The position numbers and the translations under genes are program-made. The notes beneath the pieces were generated by a model. It saw only the letters and a program-made list of their open reading frames with translations, did not search any database and was not told where the DNA came from. From an uncultured Gemmatimonadales bacterium (lineage in GTDB: Bacteria; Gemmatimonadota; Gemmatimonadetes; Gemmatimonadales; Gemmatimonadaceae): 64,000 bases of DNA. The stretch is from contig OY969695.1 of assembly GCA_963701965.1 (NCBI GenBank), positions 2,432,001 through 2,496,000 of the forward strand, given 5' to 3'. Below, piece after piece: positions 1-9,822 of this stretch; positions within the stretch are counted from its first letter, which is position 1, and the number at the start of each line of letters is the position of its first letter.

Positions 1-425
1 ACCATCCGGTGCTGTGCGCGGGGAGCCTGGCCACGCTCCAGTATCTGGATCGACACGACCTCATCGCGCGCTCCGCGCGCATGGGACACTACCTGCACGC
101 GGCGCTGGCGACGCTCCGCGACCTGCCCCACGTCGGCGATGTGCGCGGTCGCGGCCTCTTGGCCGGGATCGAATTCGTGGAGAACGCGGGAACGCGGGCC
201 CCGTTTCCACGCGCCGCCAAATTCGCCGAGACTTTCGCCGATGCGGCGCTCGACGCCGGCCTCGTCGTCTGGCCCAATACCGGGCAGGCCAACGGCGTCG
301 ACGGCGACTTGGCGATGATCGCGCCACCGTTCGTGATTTCCGAGACGGAGATCGACGATCTGGTGAGCCGTTTCCGCGCCGCGTACCGCCAGGCGACCGA
401 AAAAACGCTCCTCAGCACCCGGTAG
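1..425 (+). CDS. Class III PLP aminotransferase, C-terminal part (truncated by window edge)
   Basis: VGDVRGRGLLAGIEFV and IAPPFVISETEID are typical class III aminotransferase C-terminal motifs; the frame is open to the window start. Confidence 0.85.
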   Translation, partial: HPVLCAGSLATLQYLDRHDLIARSARMGHYLHAALATLRDLPHVGDVRGRGLLAGIEFVENAGTRAPFPRAAKFAETFADAALDAGLVVWPNTGQANGVDGDLAMIAPPFVISETEIDDLVSRFRAAYRQATEKTLLSTR

Positions 426-434
426 GATACGAGT

Positions 435-2021
435 ATGGCGACCACGCTCGCTCCCAAGTTCACCTACACATCGACGGCGATCGACCCCGAGCCGTTCCAT
501 CGCCGCTTCGACGACGCGCTGGCGCGCGTGCGCGGCGAGTCGGGACAGACGCACCCGCTCTACATCGGCGGCGCGGCGCCGGCCGTGCCGACGCCCGACC
601 GTCCGCCGTTCCCCGATGTCTCGCCCATCGATACCCGGATCGTCCTCGGCCACTTCGCGTCGGGAACCGCGGCCGACATCGACCGGGCCGTGGCCGCGGC
701 GCGGCGCGCCCAGCGCCCCTGGGCCCGTTTGCCGTGGCGCGAGCGCGTGGCGATCCTGCGCGGCGCGGCCGGAATCATTCGAGACAGAAAATTCGAGCTG
801 GCGGCGACGATGTGCCTGGAGGTCGGCAAGAGTCGGTTCGAGGCCATGGGCGACGCCGAGGAAGCCGCCGATCTCATCGACTATTACTGCGCGCAGGTCG
901 AAGAGACCGACGGGTTCGTGCGGCGCATGATGAGCTTGACGCCCGCCGAACGGAACACGGACGTGCTGCGCCCGTACGGTGTGTTCGCCTGCATCGCGCC
1001 GTTCAACTTTCCGCTGGCGCTGTCCACGGGCATGTCCGCCGCCGCGCTGGTCGCCGGGAACACGGTCGTCTACAAGCCCGCCGAGGATACGCCGTGGACC
1101 GGATTGCGGCTGTACGAGGTGTATCGGGACGCGGGTCTGCCGGACGGCGCGTTCAATTTCGTCACCGGGCATCGCGACGAGATCGGCAACGCCCTGTGGC
1201 AACATCCCGGTGTCGACGGCGTCGTGTTCACAGGATCGAAAGCCGTGGGACTCGCGATCCATGCCGGACTCACCGGCCGGTGGATCAAGCCCGCGTTGCT
1301 GGAGCTGGGCGGGAAGAACGCCGCGATCGTCACCGCGTCGGCGGACGTGGACGCGGCGGCCGAGGGGACCGTGCGCTCCGCGTTTGGCCTCTCGGGGCAG
1401 AAGTGCAGCGCCACATCGCGCGTGTACGTCGCGCGCGCGGTGGCACCCGCCTTCATTGATGCCGTGTTGCGCCGCACCGCCGCGCTCTCGATCGGCGACC
1501 CCAGCGCCCGCGACGTGTTCGTCGGGCCCGTGATCAATGCGCGCGCCGTCGCCCGATTCGAGCAGGCCGTATCCCAGGCCCGCCGCGAAGGTGAGATCCT
1601 GGCCGGCGGCACGCGCCTCGGCGCCGGCGCGTTCGCGCATGGACACTTCGTCGCGCCCACGGTCGTGCGGGCCGGGCTCGACAGCACGCTGTTCCGCGAC
1701 GAGCTTTTTCTCCCGTTCCTCGCCGTCGGCGAGGTGGCGGGGCTCGACGAAGCGATCGCCGAAACCAACAAGGCCGACTACGGCCTCACGGCCGGCATTT
1801 ATACTGGCTCGACGGCGGAGATCGAGCAGTTCTTCGACGACATTGAGGCGGGCGTCTGTTATGCCAACAAGCGCACCGGGGCGACCACCGGCGCGTGGCC
1901 CGGCGCCCAAGCATTCTGCGGGTGGAAGGGCTCGGGTTCGACGGGCAAGGGTGGGTGCGGTCCGTACTACGTCGCGCAGTTCCTGCGCGAGCAGAGCCGG
2001 ACGGTCATCGAAGAGGGGTAA
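435..2021 (+). CDS. Aldehyde dehydrogenase, P5C-dehydrogenase-like
   Basis: IAPFNFP, FTGS, LELGGKN, catalytic GQKCSA, ELFLP, YGLTAG motifs; AGGA RBS. Confidence 0.9.
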   Translation: MATTLAPKFTYTSTAIDPEPFHRRFDDALARVRGESGQTHPLYIGGAAPAVPTPDRPPFPDVSPIDTRIVLGHFASGTAADIDRAVAAARRAQRPWARLPWRERVAILRGAAGIIRDRKFELAATMCLEVGKSRFEAMGDAEEAADLIDYYCAQVEETDGFVRRMMSLTPAERNTDVLRPYGVFACIAPFNFPLALSTGMSAAALVAGNTVVYKPAEDTPWTGLRLYEVYRDAGLPDGAFNFVTGHRDEIGNALWQHPGVDGVVFTGSKAVGLAIHAGLTGRWIKPALLELGGKNAAIVTASADVDAAAEGTVRSAFGLSGQKCSATSRVYVARAVAPAFIDAVLRRTAALSIGDPSARDVFVGPVINARAVARFEQAVSQARREGEILAGGTRLGAGAFAHGHFVAPTVVRAGLDSTLFRDELFLPFLAVGEVAGLDEAIAETNKADYGLTAGIYTGSTAEIEQFFDDIEAGVCYANKRTGATTGAWPGAQAFCGWKGSGSTGKGGCGPYYVAQFLREQSRTVIEEG

Positions 2022-2032
2022 GGGGGAGAGCA

Positions 2033-3382
2033 ATGGCCACGACAGTGGAGGCGCCGCCGCGCAACTACCCGCGGATCATCGTGCCACCGCCGGGTCCCAA
2101 GGCGCGCGCCATCGTCGACCGGGACGCGGCCTGGACATCGACGTCCTATATCAAGGAGTACCCGCTGGCGATCGCCGGCGGGAAGGGCGTGATGGTCGAG
2201 GATGCCGACGGCAACCGGTACCTGGACTTCATGGCCGGCATCGCGGTGTCGTCGACTGGCTACGGGCATCCGGAGGTCGTCGCGGCCATCAAGTCGGCCG
2301 CGGATCGCTTCCTGCACATCTGCGGCTCCGACTTCTATTACGAAGGCATGGCGGCGGTAGCCGAGCGATTGGCCAAGCTGGCGCCGGGGACGAGCAAGAA
2401 GCGCGTCTTTCTCACGAACTCCGGTACGGAAGCGGTCGACGGCGCGATCAAGCTGGCCCGCCATTCGACGCGGCGGCCGGCGCTGATCGCGTTCAAGGGC
2501 GCCTTCCACGGGCGCACGTATGGCGCGATGACGCTGACGTCGAGCAAGGCGAAGCAGCACGCCGGGTTCGCGCCGTTGCTGCCCGAGGTTTACCACGTGC
2601 CGTTCGGGTACTGCTACCACTGCGACTATGGCAAGCAGTTCCCGTCGTGCGAGCTGTACTGCGTCTCCACGATCGAGCGGGATCTGTTCGCCCGGCAGCT
2701 GGACCCGCACGACGTGGCGGCGATCTTCGTCGAGCCGATCCAGGGCGAGGGTGGCTACATCGTGCCGCCGCCGGGCTACCTGACGGCGTTGCGCGCGCTG
2801 TGCGACAAGTACGGCATCCTCCTGGTGTTCGATGAGATCCAGTCGGGCATCGGTCGCACCGGCAAGATGTTCGCGTGCGAGCACGAGGGGGTCGAGCCCG
2901 ACATCTTGCTCACCGCAAAAGGCTTGGCGTCCGGCATGCCGCTCGGCGCCATCGTCGCCAAAGAGTCGATCATGCACTGGGGCACCGGCTCGCACGGATC
3001 GACGTTCGGCGGCAACCCGGTGTCGTGCGCCGCGGCACTGGCCACGCTCGACGTGGTGGAGCGCGAGCTCATGGCCAATGCGCGGGTGATGGGCGACCGT
3101 CTGCTGGCCGGCGTCCGCGACCTGGCCACGCGCCATGAGGCGATCGGGGACGTGCGCGGACGCGGTCTCATGATCGGCGTCGAGTTCGTGCAGGACCGCA
3201 AGACGCGGCAGCCGGACGGCCACGCGGTGCACGACTTGGTGCTGTCGGCGTTCTCCCGCGGCCTGTTGCTCCTGGCCTGCGGCAAGAGCACCCTCCGCCT
3301 AGCCCCACCGCTGGTCATCGATGCGCAGGATATCGATACCGGTCTCACGATGATCGACGAGTGCCTGTCCACTCGAAAGTAG
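2033..3382 (+). CDS. Class III aminotransferase (4-aminobutyrate/acetylornithine aminotransferase-like)
   Basis: NSGTEA, FHGRT, EPIQGEGG, DEIQSGIGRTG, AKGLASG, STFGGNP; ATG 2033 follows a GGGGGAG RBS. Confidence 0.9.
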   Translation: MATTVEAPPRNYPRIIVPPPGPKARAIVDRDAAWTSTSYIKEYPLAIAGGKGVMVEDADGNRYLDFMAGIAVSSTGYGHPEVVAAIKSAADRFLHICGSDFYYEGMAAVAERLAKLAPGTSKKRVFLTNSGTEAVDGAIKLARHSTRRPALIAFKGAFHGRTYGAMTLTSSKAKQHAGFAPLLPEVYHVPFGYCYHCDYGKQFPSCELYCVSTIERDLFARQLDPHDVAAIFVEPIQGEGGYIVPPPGYLTALRALCDKYGILLVFDEIQSGIGRTGKMFACEHEGVEPDILLTAKGLASGMPLGAIVAKESIMHWGTGSHGSTFGGNPVSCAAALATLDVVERELMANARVMGDRLLAGVRDLATRHEAIGDVRGRGLMIGVEFVQDRKTRQPDGHAVHDLVLSAFSRGLLLLACGKSTLRLAPPLVIDAQDIDTGLTMIDECLSTRK

Positions 3383-4272
3383 TTGCAATGAAGGACGCCG
3401 TGGCCGCCTTCGTGCACGACGGCGACACGGTGGTGATCGAGGGGTTCACGCATCTCATCTGCTTCGCCGCCGGCCACGAGATCATCCGGCAAGGCCGGCG
3501 CGACCTGACGCTGTGCCGGCTCACGCCCGATCTCATCTACGATCAGATGATCGCGGCCGGCTGCGCCAAGAAGATCGTGTTTTCGTGGGCGGGGAACCCC
3601 GGGGCTGGTTCGCTGCACGCGTTTCGCCGCGCGGTCGAGCGTCCGACCGATCCGATCGCGATCGAAGAATATTCGCACTTCGGGATGGTGGCCCGATTCT
3701 CGGCCGGCGCTTCGCACCTGCCCTTCTGGCCTTTGCGCAACTACGCGGGCACGGATCTCCCTGTCGCGAACCCGCTCATTCGGACCGTGATCTGTCCGTA
3801 TACCGGGGAGACGCTTGCTACCGTCCCAGCGCTCAACCCCGACGTGACGATCGTGCACGCGCAGCGTGCCGATCGTCAGGGGAACGCGCAAATCTGGGGC
3901 TTGCTGGGCGTGCAAAAAGAGGCCGCGTTTGCCAGCCGGCGGGTGATCGTGGTGGCCGAGGAGTTGGTGGATGAGTCGGTGGTGCGGGCCGACCCGAACC
4001 GCACGGCGGTGCCGGGGTTCATCGTCGACGCGGTCGTCGTCGAGCCGTGGGGCGCGCACCCATCGTACGCCCAGGGGTATTACGATCGCGACAACGACTT
4101 CTACGTGAACTGGGAGCCGATCTCGCGCGATCCCGACCGCCTGGCGCAGTATCTCGACACGTTCGTCTACGGCGTCCCGGACCGGGCGTCATACCTGTCG
4201 GCGCATCCCGGCCTCACCGACCGGCTGCGTGCCGCGAGCCGTGTGGCGCCGGGCGTGAACTATGGGTTCTGA
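3361..4272 (+). CDS. CoA-transferase subunit A (glutaconate/3-oxoadipate type)
   Basis: EGFTHLICFAAGHEIIRQ, HAQRADRQGN, PWGAHPS motifs; start may be 3388. Confidence 0.85.
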   Translation: MPVHSKVVAMKDAVAAFVHDGDTVVIEGFTHLICFAAGHEIIRQGRRDLTLCRLTPDLIYDQMIAAGCAKKIVFSWAGNPGAGSLHAFRRAVERPTDPIAIEEYSHFGMVARFSAGASHLPFWPLRNYAGTDLPVANPLIRTVICPYTGETLATVPALNPDVTIVHAQRADRQGNAQIWGLLGVQKEAAFASRRVIVVAEELVDESVVRADPNRTAVPGFIVDAVVVEPWGAHPSYAQGYYDRDNDFYVNWEPISRDPDRLAQYLDTFVYGVPDRASYLSAHPGLTDRLRAASRVAPGVNYGF

Positions 4273-5026
4273 GTACTCGCCCAGCGAGTTGATGGCCGTG
4301 ACGGCGTCACGGGCCCTGGCCAATGGCGAAGTCGTCTTCGTCGGCATTGGGTTGCCCAACCTGGCGTGCAACCTGGCCCGCGCCACCCACGCACCCGATC
4401 TCGTGCTGATCTACGAATCGGGCGCGGTGGGCGCGGTGCCCGAACGCCTCCCCGTATCGATCGGGGATCCGGCGCTGGTCACCGGTTCGCTCATGGTGGC
4501 GAGCATGGCCGAAGTATTTCAATACATGCTCCAGAATGGCCGCATCGAGGTGGGGTTTCTGGGCGCGGCGCAAATCGACCAATGGGGGAACATCAATACG
4601 ACGGTCATCGGCTCCTACGACGCGCCGAAAATCCGGTTGCCGGGGAGCGGCGGCGCGGCCGAGATCGCGGCGCACGCCAAGCGCACGATCGTGATCGCCA
4701 AGCTGGGCGCCAAGACGTTCCCCGCCGCCGTGGATTTCGTGACCAGCCCCGGACATCGCTATCACGGCGCGCGCCGGGGCCCTGGCCTCACGGGCGCGGG
4801 CCCTGTCAGCGTCATCACGGACATGGGCATTCTGGAGGTCGATGAGGCGTCGGGCGAGTTGGTCCTCGCCGCGCTTTACCCTGGCGTCAGTGTCGAGACC
4901 TTCGCCCGCGGAGTCGGCTGGCCCCTGCGGACTCAGCCCTCGCTGCGCGAAGTCGAGCCACCGACGCACACGGAGCTGGATCTCCTGCGGCACACGCTGG
5001 ATCCCCACAAACTCTTTCTCAAATGA
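4262..5026 (+). CDS. CoA-transferase subunit B
   Basis: FVGIGLP, IYESG (catalytic Glu), GAAQIDQWGNIN, RLPGSGG; overlaps subunit A stop. Confidence 0.88.
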   Translation: MGSEYSPSELMAVTASRALANGEVVFVGIGLPNLACNLARATHAPDLVLIYESGAVGAVPERLPVSIGDPALVTGSLMVASMAEVFQYMLQNGRIEVGFLGAAQIDQWGNINTTVIGSYDAPKIRLPGSGGAAEIAAHAKRTIVIAKLGAKTFPAAVDFVTSPGHRYHGARRGPGLTGAGPVSVITDMGILEVDEASGELVLAALYPGVSVETFARGVGWPLRTQPSLREVEPPTHTELDLLRHTLDPHKLFLK

Positions 5027-6435
5027 CCGCGGGGCTCAAACGCACGATGAACATGCGCGACCTGGTGTTGTTCAACCTCGTCGCCGTCATCGGATTGCGT
5101 TGGCTGAACACGGCGGCCAAGTCCGGGCCCTCGTCCATCGTCCTCTGGCTGCTGGCGGCGGTGATGTTCTTCATCCCGCAGGGCCTTGCCGTCGGCGAGC
5201 TCTCGGCGCGCTACCCGAAAGAAGGCGGCATCTACTTCTGGACCCGCCGCCGGTTCGGCGAGGGGCACGGGTTCTTCTGCGGCTGGTGCTATTGGGTAGT
5301 GAACGTCCTCTACTACCCACAGCTCCTGCTCTCGGGCGCCGTCATCGTGCTGTTCGTGTTCGGCAAAGGCGACTCGGGACTCGCCGAGAGCTGGCCCTAC
5401 GTGCTGACCGCCTGCACGCTGATGCTGTGGTTTGCCGTGGCGCTCAACGTGGTGGGGCTGGGCACCGGGAAGTGGCTGCAAAACCTCGGCGGCATCGGGA
5501 CGTACGGGGCGGGCGTGATCGTGCTGCTCGTCGGCATCTATGCGATGTTCACCCATCCGAGCGCCAATCCGATCACGGCGCGCGCCCTCGTGCCCAATTT
5601 CGGCTCGTTCACCGAGGTGAATCTCTGGGCCACGATCGCGTTCGCGTTCGCCGGCCTCGAGCTCGCGGCGACCCTGGGCGACGAGATCCAGGACGCCGGG
5701 CACGCGTTGCCGCGCTCCACGTACATCTCGGCGCCCTTGATCGCGGGGATCTACGTCCTGGGCACGGTGTGCGTGTTGTGGCTCGTGCCCGTCGATTCCC
5801 TCAAGCTGACGTCGGGATTTCTGCAAGCGATCGAGATCGGCGCGCAGCGCCTGTGGTGGCTGGCGCCGCTGGCCGCCGCGGCGTACACCGTCGGCAACAT
5901 CGGGGGCGCCGGTGCCTGGCTCGCCGGGCCCGCGCGCGTGGCGTTCATGATCGGCCTCGACCGGTATCTCCCTCGGGCCTTCGGGCGCATCCATCCCCAA
6001 TGGGGCACGCCGTACGTCGCCATCATCGTGCAAGCGGCCATCGCCACGCTCGTGCTGCCGCTGGCAGCCATGAGTAACGGGGCGTCGGGACATGGCACGA
6101 CGGTCGAGCAGGTGTACCTCGACATTCTCGACGCACAGCTCCTCATCTACTTCGTCCCGTTCATCTATCTGTTCTGCTGTCTCTTGCTGGAGCGCGACAC
6201 CGATCGCGCCGGCATGGCGAAATCCGTGATCCCCGGCGGCACGTTCGGCCGCGTCCTCACCGCCACGTCGGGCCTCTTCGTCACTGTATTCGCCATGGTC
6301 GTCGCCGCGATCCCCCCGTCGGACCAGGACCCCTTACTCTTCGAGCTCAAGGTCGTCGGCGGGGCGATGGTGTTTTATCTCGTCGGATACGGCTTCTACT
6401 GGCACGGCGCCCGGACCCGGGTCCCATTATCATGA
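5023..6435 (+). CDS. APC family amino acid/polyamine permease
   Basis: About 12 hydrophobic segments, EGGIYFW, FAFAGLE, HPQWGTPY; ATGA overlaps on both sides. Confidence 0.88.
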   Translation: MTAGLKRTMNMRDLVLFNLVAVIGLRWLNTAAKSGPSSIVLWLLAAVMFFIPQGLAVGELSARYPKEGGIYFWTRRRFGEGHGFFCGWCYWVVNVLYYPQLLLSGAVIVLFVFGKGDSGLAESWPYVLTACTLMLWFAVALNVVGLGTGKWLQNLGGIGTYGAGVIVLLVGIYAMFTHPSANPITARALVPNFGSFTEVNLWATIAFAFAGLELAATLGDEIQDAGHALPRSTYISAPLIAGIYVLGTVCVLWLVPVDSLKLTSGFLQAIEIGAQRLWWLAPLAAAAYTVGNIGGAGAWLAGPARVAFMIGLDRYLPRAFGRIHPQWGTPYVAIIVQAAIATLVLPLAAMSNGASGHGTTVEQVYLDILDAQLLIYFVPFIYLFCCLLLERDTDRAGMAKSVIPGGTFGRVLTATSGLFVTVFAMVVAAIPPSDQDPLLFELKVVGGAMVFYLVGYGFYWHGARTRVPLS

Positions 6436-9011
6436 AACGCTGGTCGCTCCTGGCCCTCTGCCTCGCGGCACCGGTGAGCGCGCAGCGCGAGCCCGTGCTC
6501 GAGCAGATCGTGCTGCCGCACGCGTACTACTATCGCGAGATGTACCTCCCCCAGGTGACGAGCGGACCGAGCACGGTCACGTGGTCGCCCGATGGGCAGA
6601 GCGTGATCTACTCGATGCAGGGCTCGCTCTGGCGTCAGCGCCTGGGCACAACGGAAGCCGAGCAGCTGACGGCGGGTCCCGGGTACGACTTTCAGCCGGA
6701 CTGGTCGCCCGACGGCCGGTCGGTGGTCTACGTGTCCTATCGCGGCGACGCCGAGGAGCTGCGGTTGCTGGACCTGGCGAGCGGCGACGATCATCCGCTC
6801 ACGGTCAACGGCGCCGTCAACGTCGACCCGCGCTGGTCGCCCGACGGATCGCGCCTGGCGTTCGTGTCCACGGTCTATCAGGGCCGCTTTCACATCTACG
6901 TCGCGACCATCAAGACAGGACAGCTCGACGCCGTTCGCCGCGTCACCGAGGACCACGACAGTCATCTGCCGCGCTACTACTACTCGGTATTCGACCACTA
7001 CCTCTCACCGACGTGGTCGCCGGACGGCGCCGAGCTCCTGTTCGTCTCCAACCGCGGGCACGTGTGGGGCACGGGTGGTCTGTGGCGGGCGCCGGCCGAC
7101 AGCGGCCCGGCCGACCGCGCACGGCAGATCCCGGCGCAGCCGGGATCAGTCCAACCGACTTCGGATCTCGCGACGCGAAGCGTCGAGATCCGGAACGAAG
7201 AGACGGCCTGGAAGCCGCATCCCGACTGGTCGCGCGACGGGCATCGCGTAGTCTATAGCTCGTTCGCCGGCCGGCAGTGGAACCAGCTGTGGCTGACGAC
7301 GCCGAACGGCGACTTTCCCGTGCAGCTGACCTACGGCGACTTCGACGCCACGGTGCCCCGGTGGTCGCCGGACGGCGGCCGGATTGCGTTCATCGCCAAC
7401 GAGGGTGGCAACACATCGCTGCGCATCGTCGCCGTCCCGGGTGGTGCGGTCTCCATCGTCACGGCCAAGCAACGCCATTACAAGGGAGCGGTCGGCGTGC
7501 TCCGCGTCATGGTGCGCGATGCGACCGGCCATCCGATGCCTGGCCGCGTCTCGGTCTCGGGCCGTGGCGATCGCACCTACGCCCCGGACGACGCCTGGCG
7601 TTACGCCGACGACTCGTTCGACCGCAAAACGCGGCGCCTGGAGATCGGATACTTCCAGACCACCGGCGCGTCGGTGCTCACCGTTCCCGCCGAGAGCGTC
7701 ACCGTCGATGTGTCGCGCGGCCTCGAGTATCGTCCGGCGCATCGCCGCGTCGCCATCAAGCCCGGCGACACGACGACCGTGGTCGTGGGGCTCCCCCGTA
7801 TGGCCAACCTCCCGCCGGAGGGTTGGTACAGCGGCGACCTTCACGTGCACATGAACTACGGGGGCACGTATCGGAACACGACCGCGCATCTCGCCGAGCA
7901 GGCGCGCGCCGAGGACGTGCACGTCATCGAAGACTTGATCGTGAACAAGGAGGGGCGCATCCCCGACGTGGGGTCGTTCATTCCCGGCGGGCGCGCCGAT
8001 CCGGCGAGCGACGCCAACACGCTCATCGTCCACGGCCAGGAATTTCACACCAGCTACTGGGGCCACGCCGGCCTGTTGGGTCTTCGGTCGTCGCTGATCC
8101 TGCCCGGCTACGCCGCGTACGCGTCGACCCCGGTCGCGAGCCTCGTGCCCACCAACGCCGACGTCGCGGGCATGGCCCACGCCGACCGCGCGCTGCTTGG
8201 CTACGTGCACCCGTTCGACGTCTACCCCGATCCCGCGGATATGGGCACGGCGCTGACCGATGAGCTACCCGTCGATGTCGCTTTGGGCGCCGTAGACTAT
8301 ATGGAGATCGTCGGGTTCAGCGATCATTTGTCGACCGCCCGCGTATGGTATCAGCTGTTGAATTGCGGGTTTCGTCTCCCCGCGGGCGCGGGCACCGACG
8401 CGATGGCCAACTACGCGTCGCTCCGCGGGCCGGTCGGTCTCAACCGCGTCTTCGTCCACGCCGGCTCGGCTCTCTGGCACGGCGCCTGGCTCGACTCGCT
8501 CAAGGCCGGCCGCTCCTTCGCCACGAACGGCCCGCTCCTCACCCTCACGATCGACGGACACGCGATCGGCGATGAGATCAAGGTCGCCGGCCCGACGACG
8601 CTGCACATCCATGCGACGCTGGCATCGATCGTGAGCGTCGACCATTTCGAGCTCGTGGGCCCGAGCGGTGTCGTGGCCAGCGTGGCGCTGACGGGCGACC
8701 GCACGACGGCGACCGCGGACTGGACGGTGACCGACTCGACCAGCGCCTGGTATACGGTGCGCGCGTACGCCGATCACGCGGCCGATCCGGCGTATCCGAT
8801 CCTGGACACCTACCCGTTCGCGACGACGAGTCCCATCTACGTGACCGTCGCCAACCGGCCAATGCGCTCGCCGCGCGATGCCCAGTATTTCGCCGCCTGG
8901 ATCGCGCGGCTCGCGGCCGGCGCGCGGAACTACACCGGGTACAACACGCCTGCCGAGCGGGCGCATGTGCTGGCCCAACTCGACTCGGCCGCTGCCGTCT
9001 TTGGTCATTGA
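6432..9011 (+). CDS. Secreted TolB/PD40 beta-propeller + PHP-like (CehA/McbA-type) metallohydrolase
   Basis: Signal peptide, repeated WSPDG motifs, SGDLHVH, GQEFHT..GH, YVHP, GAGTD, SFATNGP. Confidence 0.8.
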   Translation: MKRWSLLALCLAAPVSAQREPVLEQIVLPHAYYYREMYLPQVTSGPSTVTWSPDGQSVIYSMQGSLWRQRLGTTEAEQLTAGPGYDFQPDWSPDGRSVVYVSYRGDAEELRLLDLASGDDHPLTVNGAVNVDPRWSPDGSRLAFVSTVYQGRFHIYVATIKTGQLDAVRRVTEDHDSHLPRYYYSVFDHYLSPTWSPDGAELLFVSNRGHVWGTGGLWRAPADSGPADRARQIPAQPGSVQPTSDLATRSVEIRNEETAWKPHPDWSRDGHRVVYSSFAGRQWNQLWLTTPNGDFPVQLTYGDFDATVPRWSPDGGRIAFIANEGGNTSLRIVAVPGGAVSIVTAKQRHYKGAVGVLRVMVRDATGHPMPGRVSVSGRGDRTYAPDDAWRYADDSFDRKTRRLEIGYFQTTGASVLTVPAESVTVDVSRGLEYRPAHRRVAIKPGDTTTVVVGLPRMANLPPEGWYSGDLHVHMNYGGTYRNTTAHLAEQARAEDVHVIEDLIVNKEGRIPDVGSFIPGGRADPASDANTLIVHGQEFHTSYWGHAGLLGLRSSLILPGYAAYASTPVASLVPTNADVAGMAHADRALLGYVHPFDVYPDPADMGTALTDELPVDVALGAVDYMEIVGFSDHLSTARVWYQLLNCGFRLPAGAGTDAMANYASLRGPVGLNRVFVHAGSALWHGAWLDSLKAGRSFATNGPLLTLTIDGHAIGDEIKVAGPTTLHIHATLASIVSVDHFELVGPSGVVASVALTGDRTTATADWTVTDSTSAWYTVRAYADHAADPAYPILDTYPFATTSPIYVTVANRPMRSPRDAQYFAAWIARLAAGARNYTGYNTPAERAHVLAQLDSAAAVFGH
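7126..7191 (+). repeat. Hairpin-linker-hairpin element, in-frame intragenic copy
   Basis: GATCCCGGC-GCA-GCCGGGATC, then AGTCCAACCGACT, then GGATCT(CG)CGACGC-GAA-GCGTCGAGATCC; 44/47 nt identical to the copies at 46528 and 46597. Confidence 0.9.
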
Positions 9012-9036
9012 TTTCGGTGTTTGTTCGGGTTATAAT
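9008..9036 (+). promoter_or_regulatory. Sigma70-type promoter for the sigma/S24 operon
   Basis: TTGATT (9008-13), 17 nt spacer, TATAAT (9031-36) in an AT-rich patch. Confidence 0.75.
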
Positions 9037-9093
9037 TCTCTCCCCCATCCGCCCCTGTCCGGGCGTGGTGTCATTTCAGAGAGGGAGAGCGAC

Positions 9094-9822
9094 GTGCGCG
9101 GCTGGCGGGAGGATGCGGTGCGGCCGCGGACGGAGCGAGTCGCCGAGAATGCGGCGGCGCTGGCGGATCGCGGGCTCATCGTCGCCATGCGATGCGGAGA
9201 TCGCGGGGCCTTAGCCGAGTTTTATCGCCGGTTTCGGCCGGTGCTCGTCGTGGCCGTTCGCCGGTTCACGTGGGGCGGGACGGATGATGCGCCGGGGGCA
9301 ATAGACGGCGAGGCAGTCGTGGAGGACGTGCTGACGGATGCGGCGATTCGGTTCGTCACGACGACGGCGGCGGTGCCCGGGTCGGTCGCCGGGTATCTCG
9401 TCCGGATGCTGCGCAATCGCGTGCTCAACGCCGTGCGGGCGCGCGATCGCGAGGCGCGCCGCGTCGACGAGGGCATGGGGCGTTCCGAGTACGCGGAGCG
9501 CACCAGTGCTGGTCCGGAGAGCGCGGATGCCGGGCTCATGCTGTCGTCATCGGCCGCGCCGGCCGTGGTGCGGCTGGCGGCGGCGCTCGACGCCGCGATG
9601 ACCGACGACGACCGGCTCGTCGCGACGTGGCTCGGGAACGGCGTCTCGCAGCTCGACATTGCCGAGTGGCTGGGCGTGAGCCACTCGGCGCTGTGCAAGC
9701 GGGTGAGCCGGTTGCGGGCGCGGCTGCGTCTGGTCGCCAATCGGCATTTGGCGGGCGCGAGCGCGGAGGACCGGCAGGTGTTGGACGCGGTATTGGGAGC
9801 GAGAGGAGGTGCGCATGAGTGA
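9094..9822 (+). CDS. ECF-type RNA polymerase sigma factor
   Basis: Region 2 (DRGLIVAMRCGDRGALAEFY..VEDV..GYLVRMLRNRVLN) and region 4 HTH (SQLDIAEWLGVSHSALCKRVSRLRARL); GTG follows a GAGGGAG RBS. Confidence 0.8.
   Translation: MRGWREDAVRPRTERVAENAAALADRGLIVAMRCGDRGALAEFYRRFRPVLVVAVRRFTWGGTDDAPGAIDGEAVVEDVLTDAAIRFVTTTAAVPGSVAGYLVRMLRNRVLNAVRARDREARRVDEGMGRSEYAERTSAGPESADAGLMLSSSAAPAVVRLAAALDAAMTDDDRLVATWLGNGVSQLDIAEWLGVSHSALCKRVSRLRARLRLVANRHLAGASAEDRQVLDAVLGARGGAHE

Noticed and set aside
9012..9026. TTTC-N7-GTTC as a LexA box in the sigma promoter
   Set aside because: One mismatch in an 8-nt motif, the LexA motif of this lineage is unknown to me, and no second instance was seen
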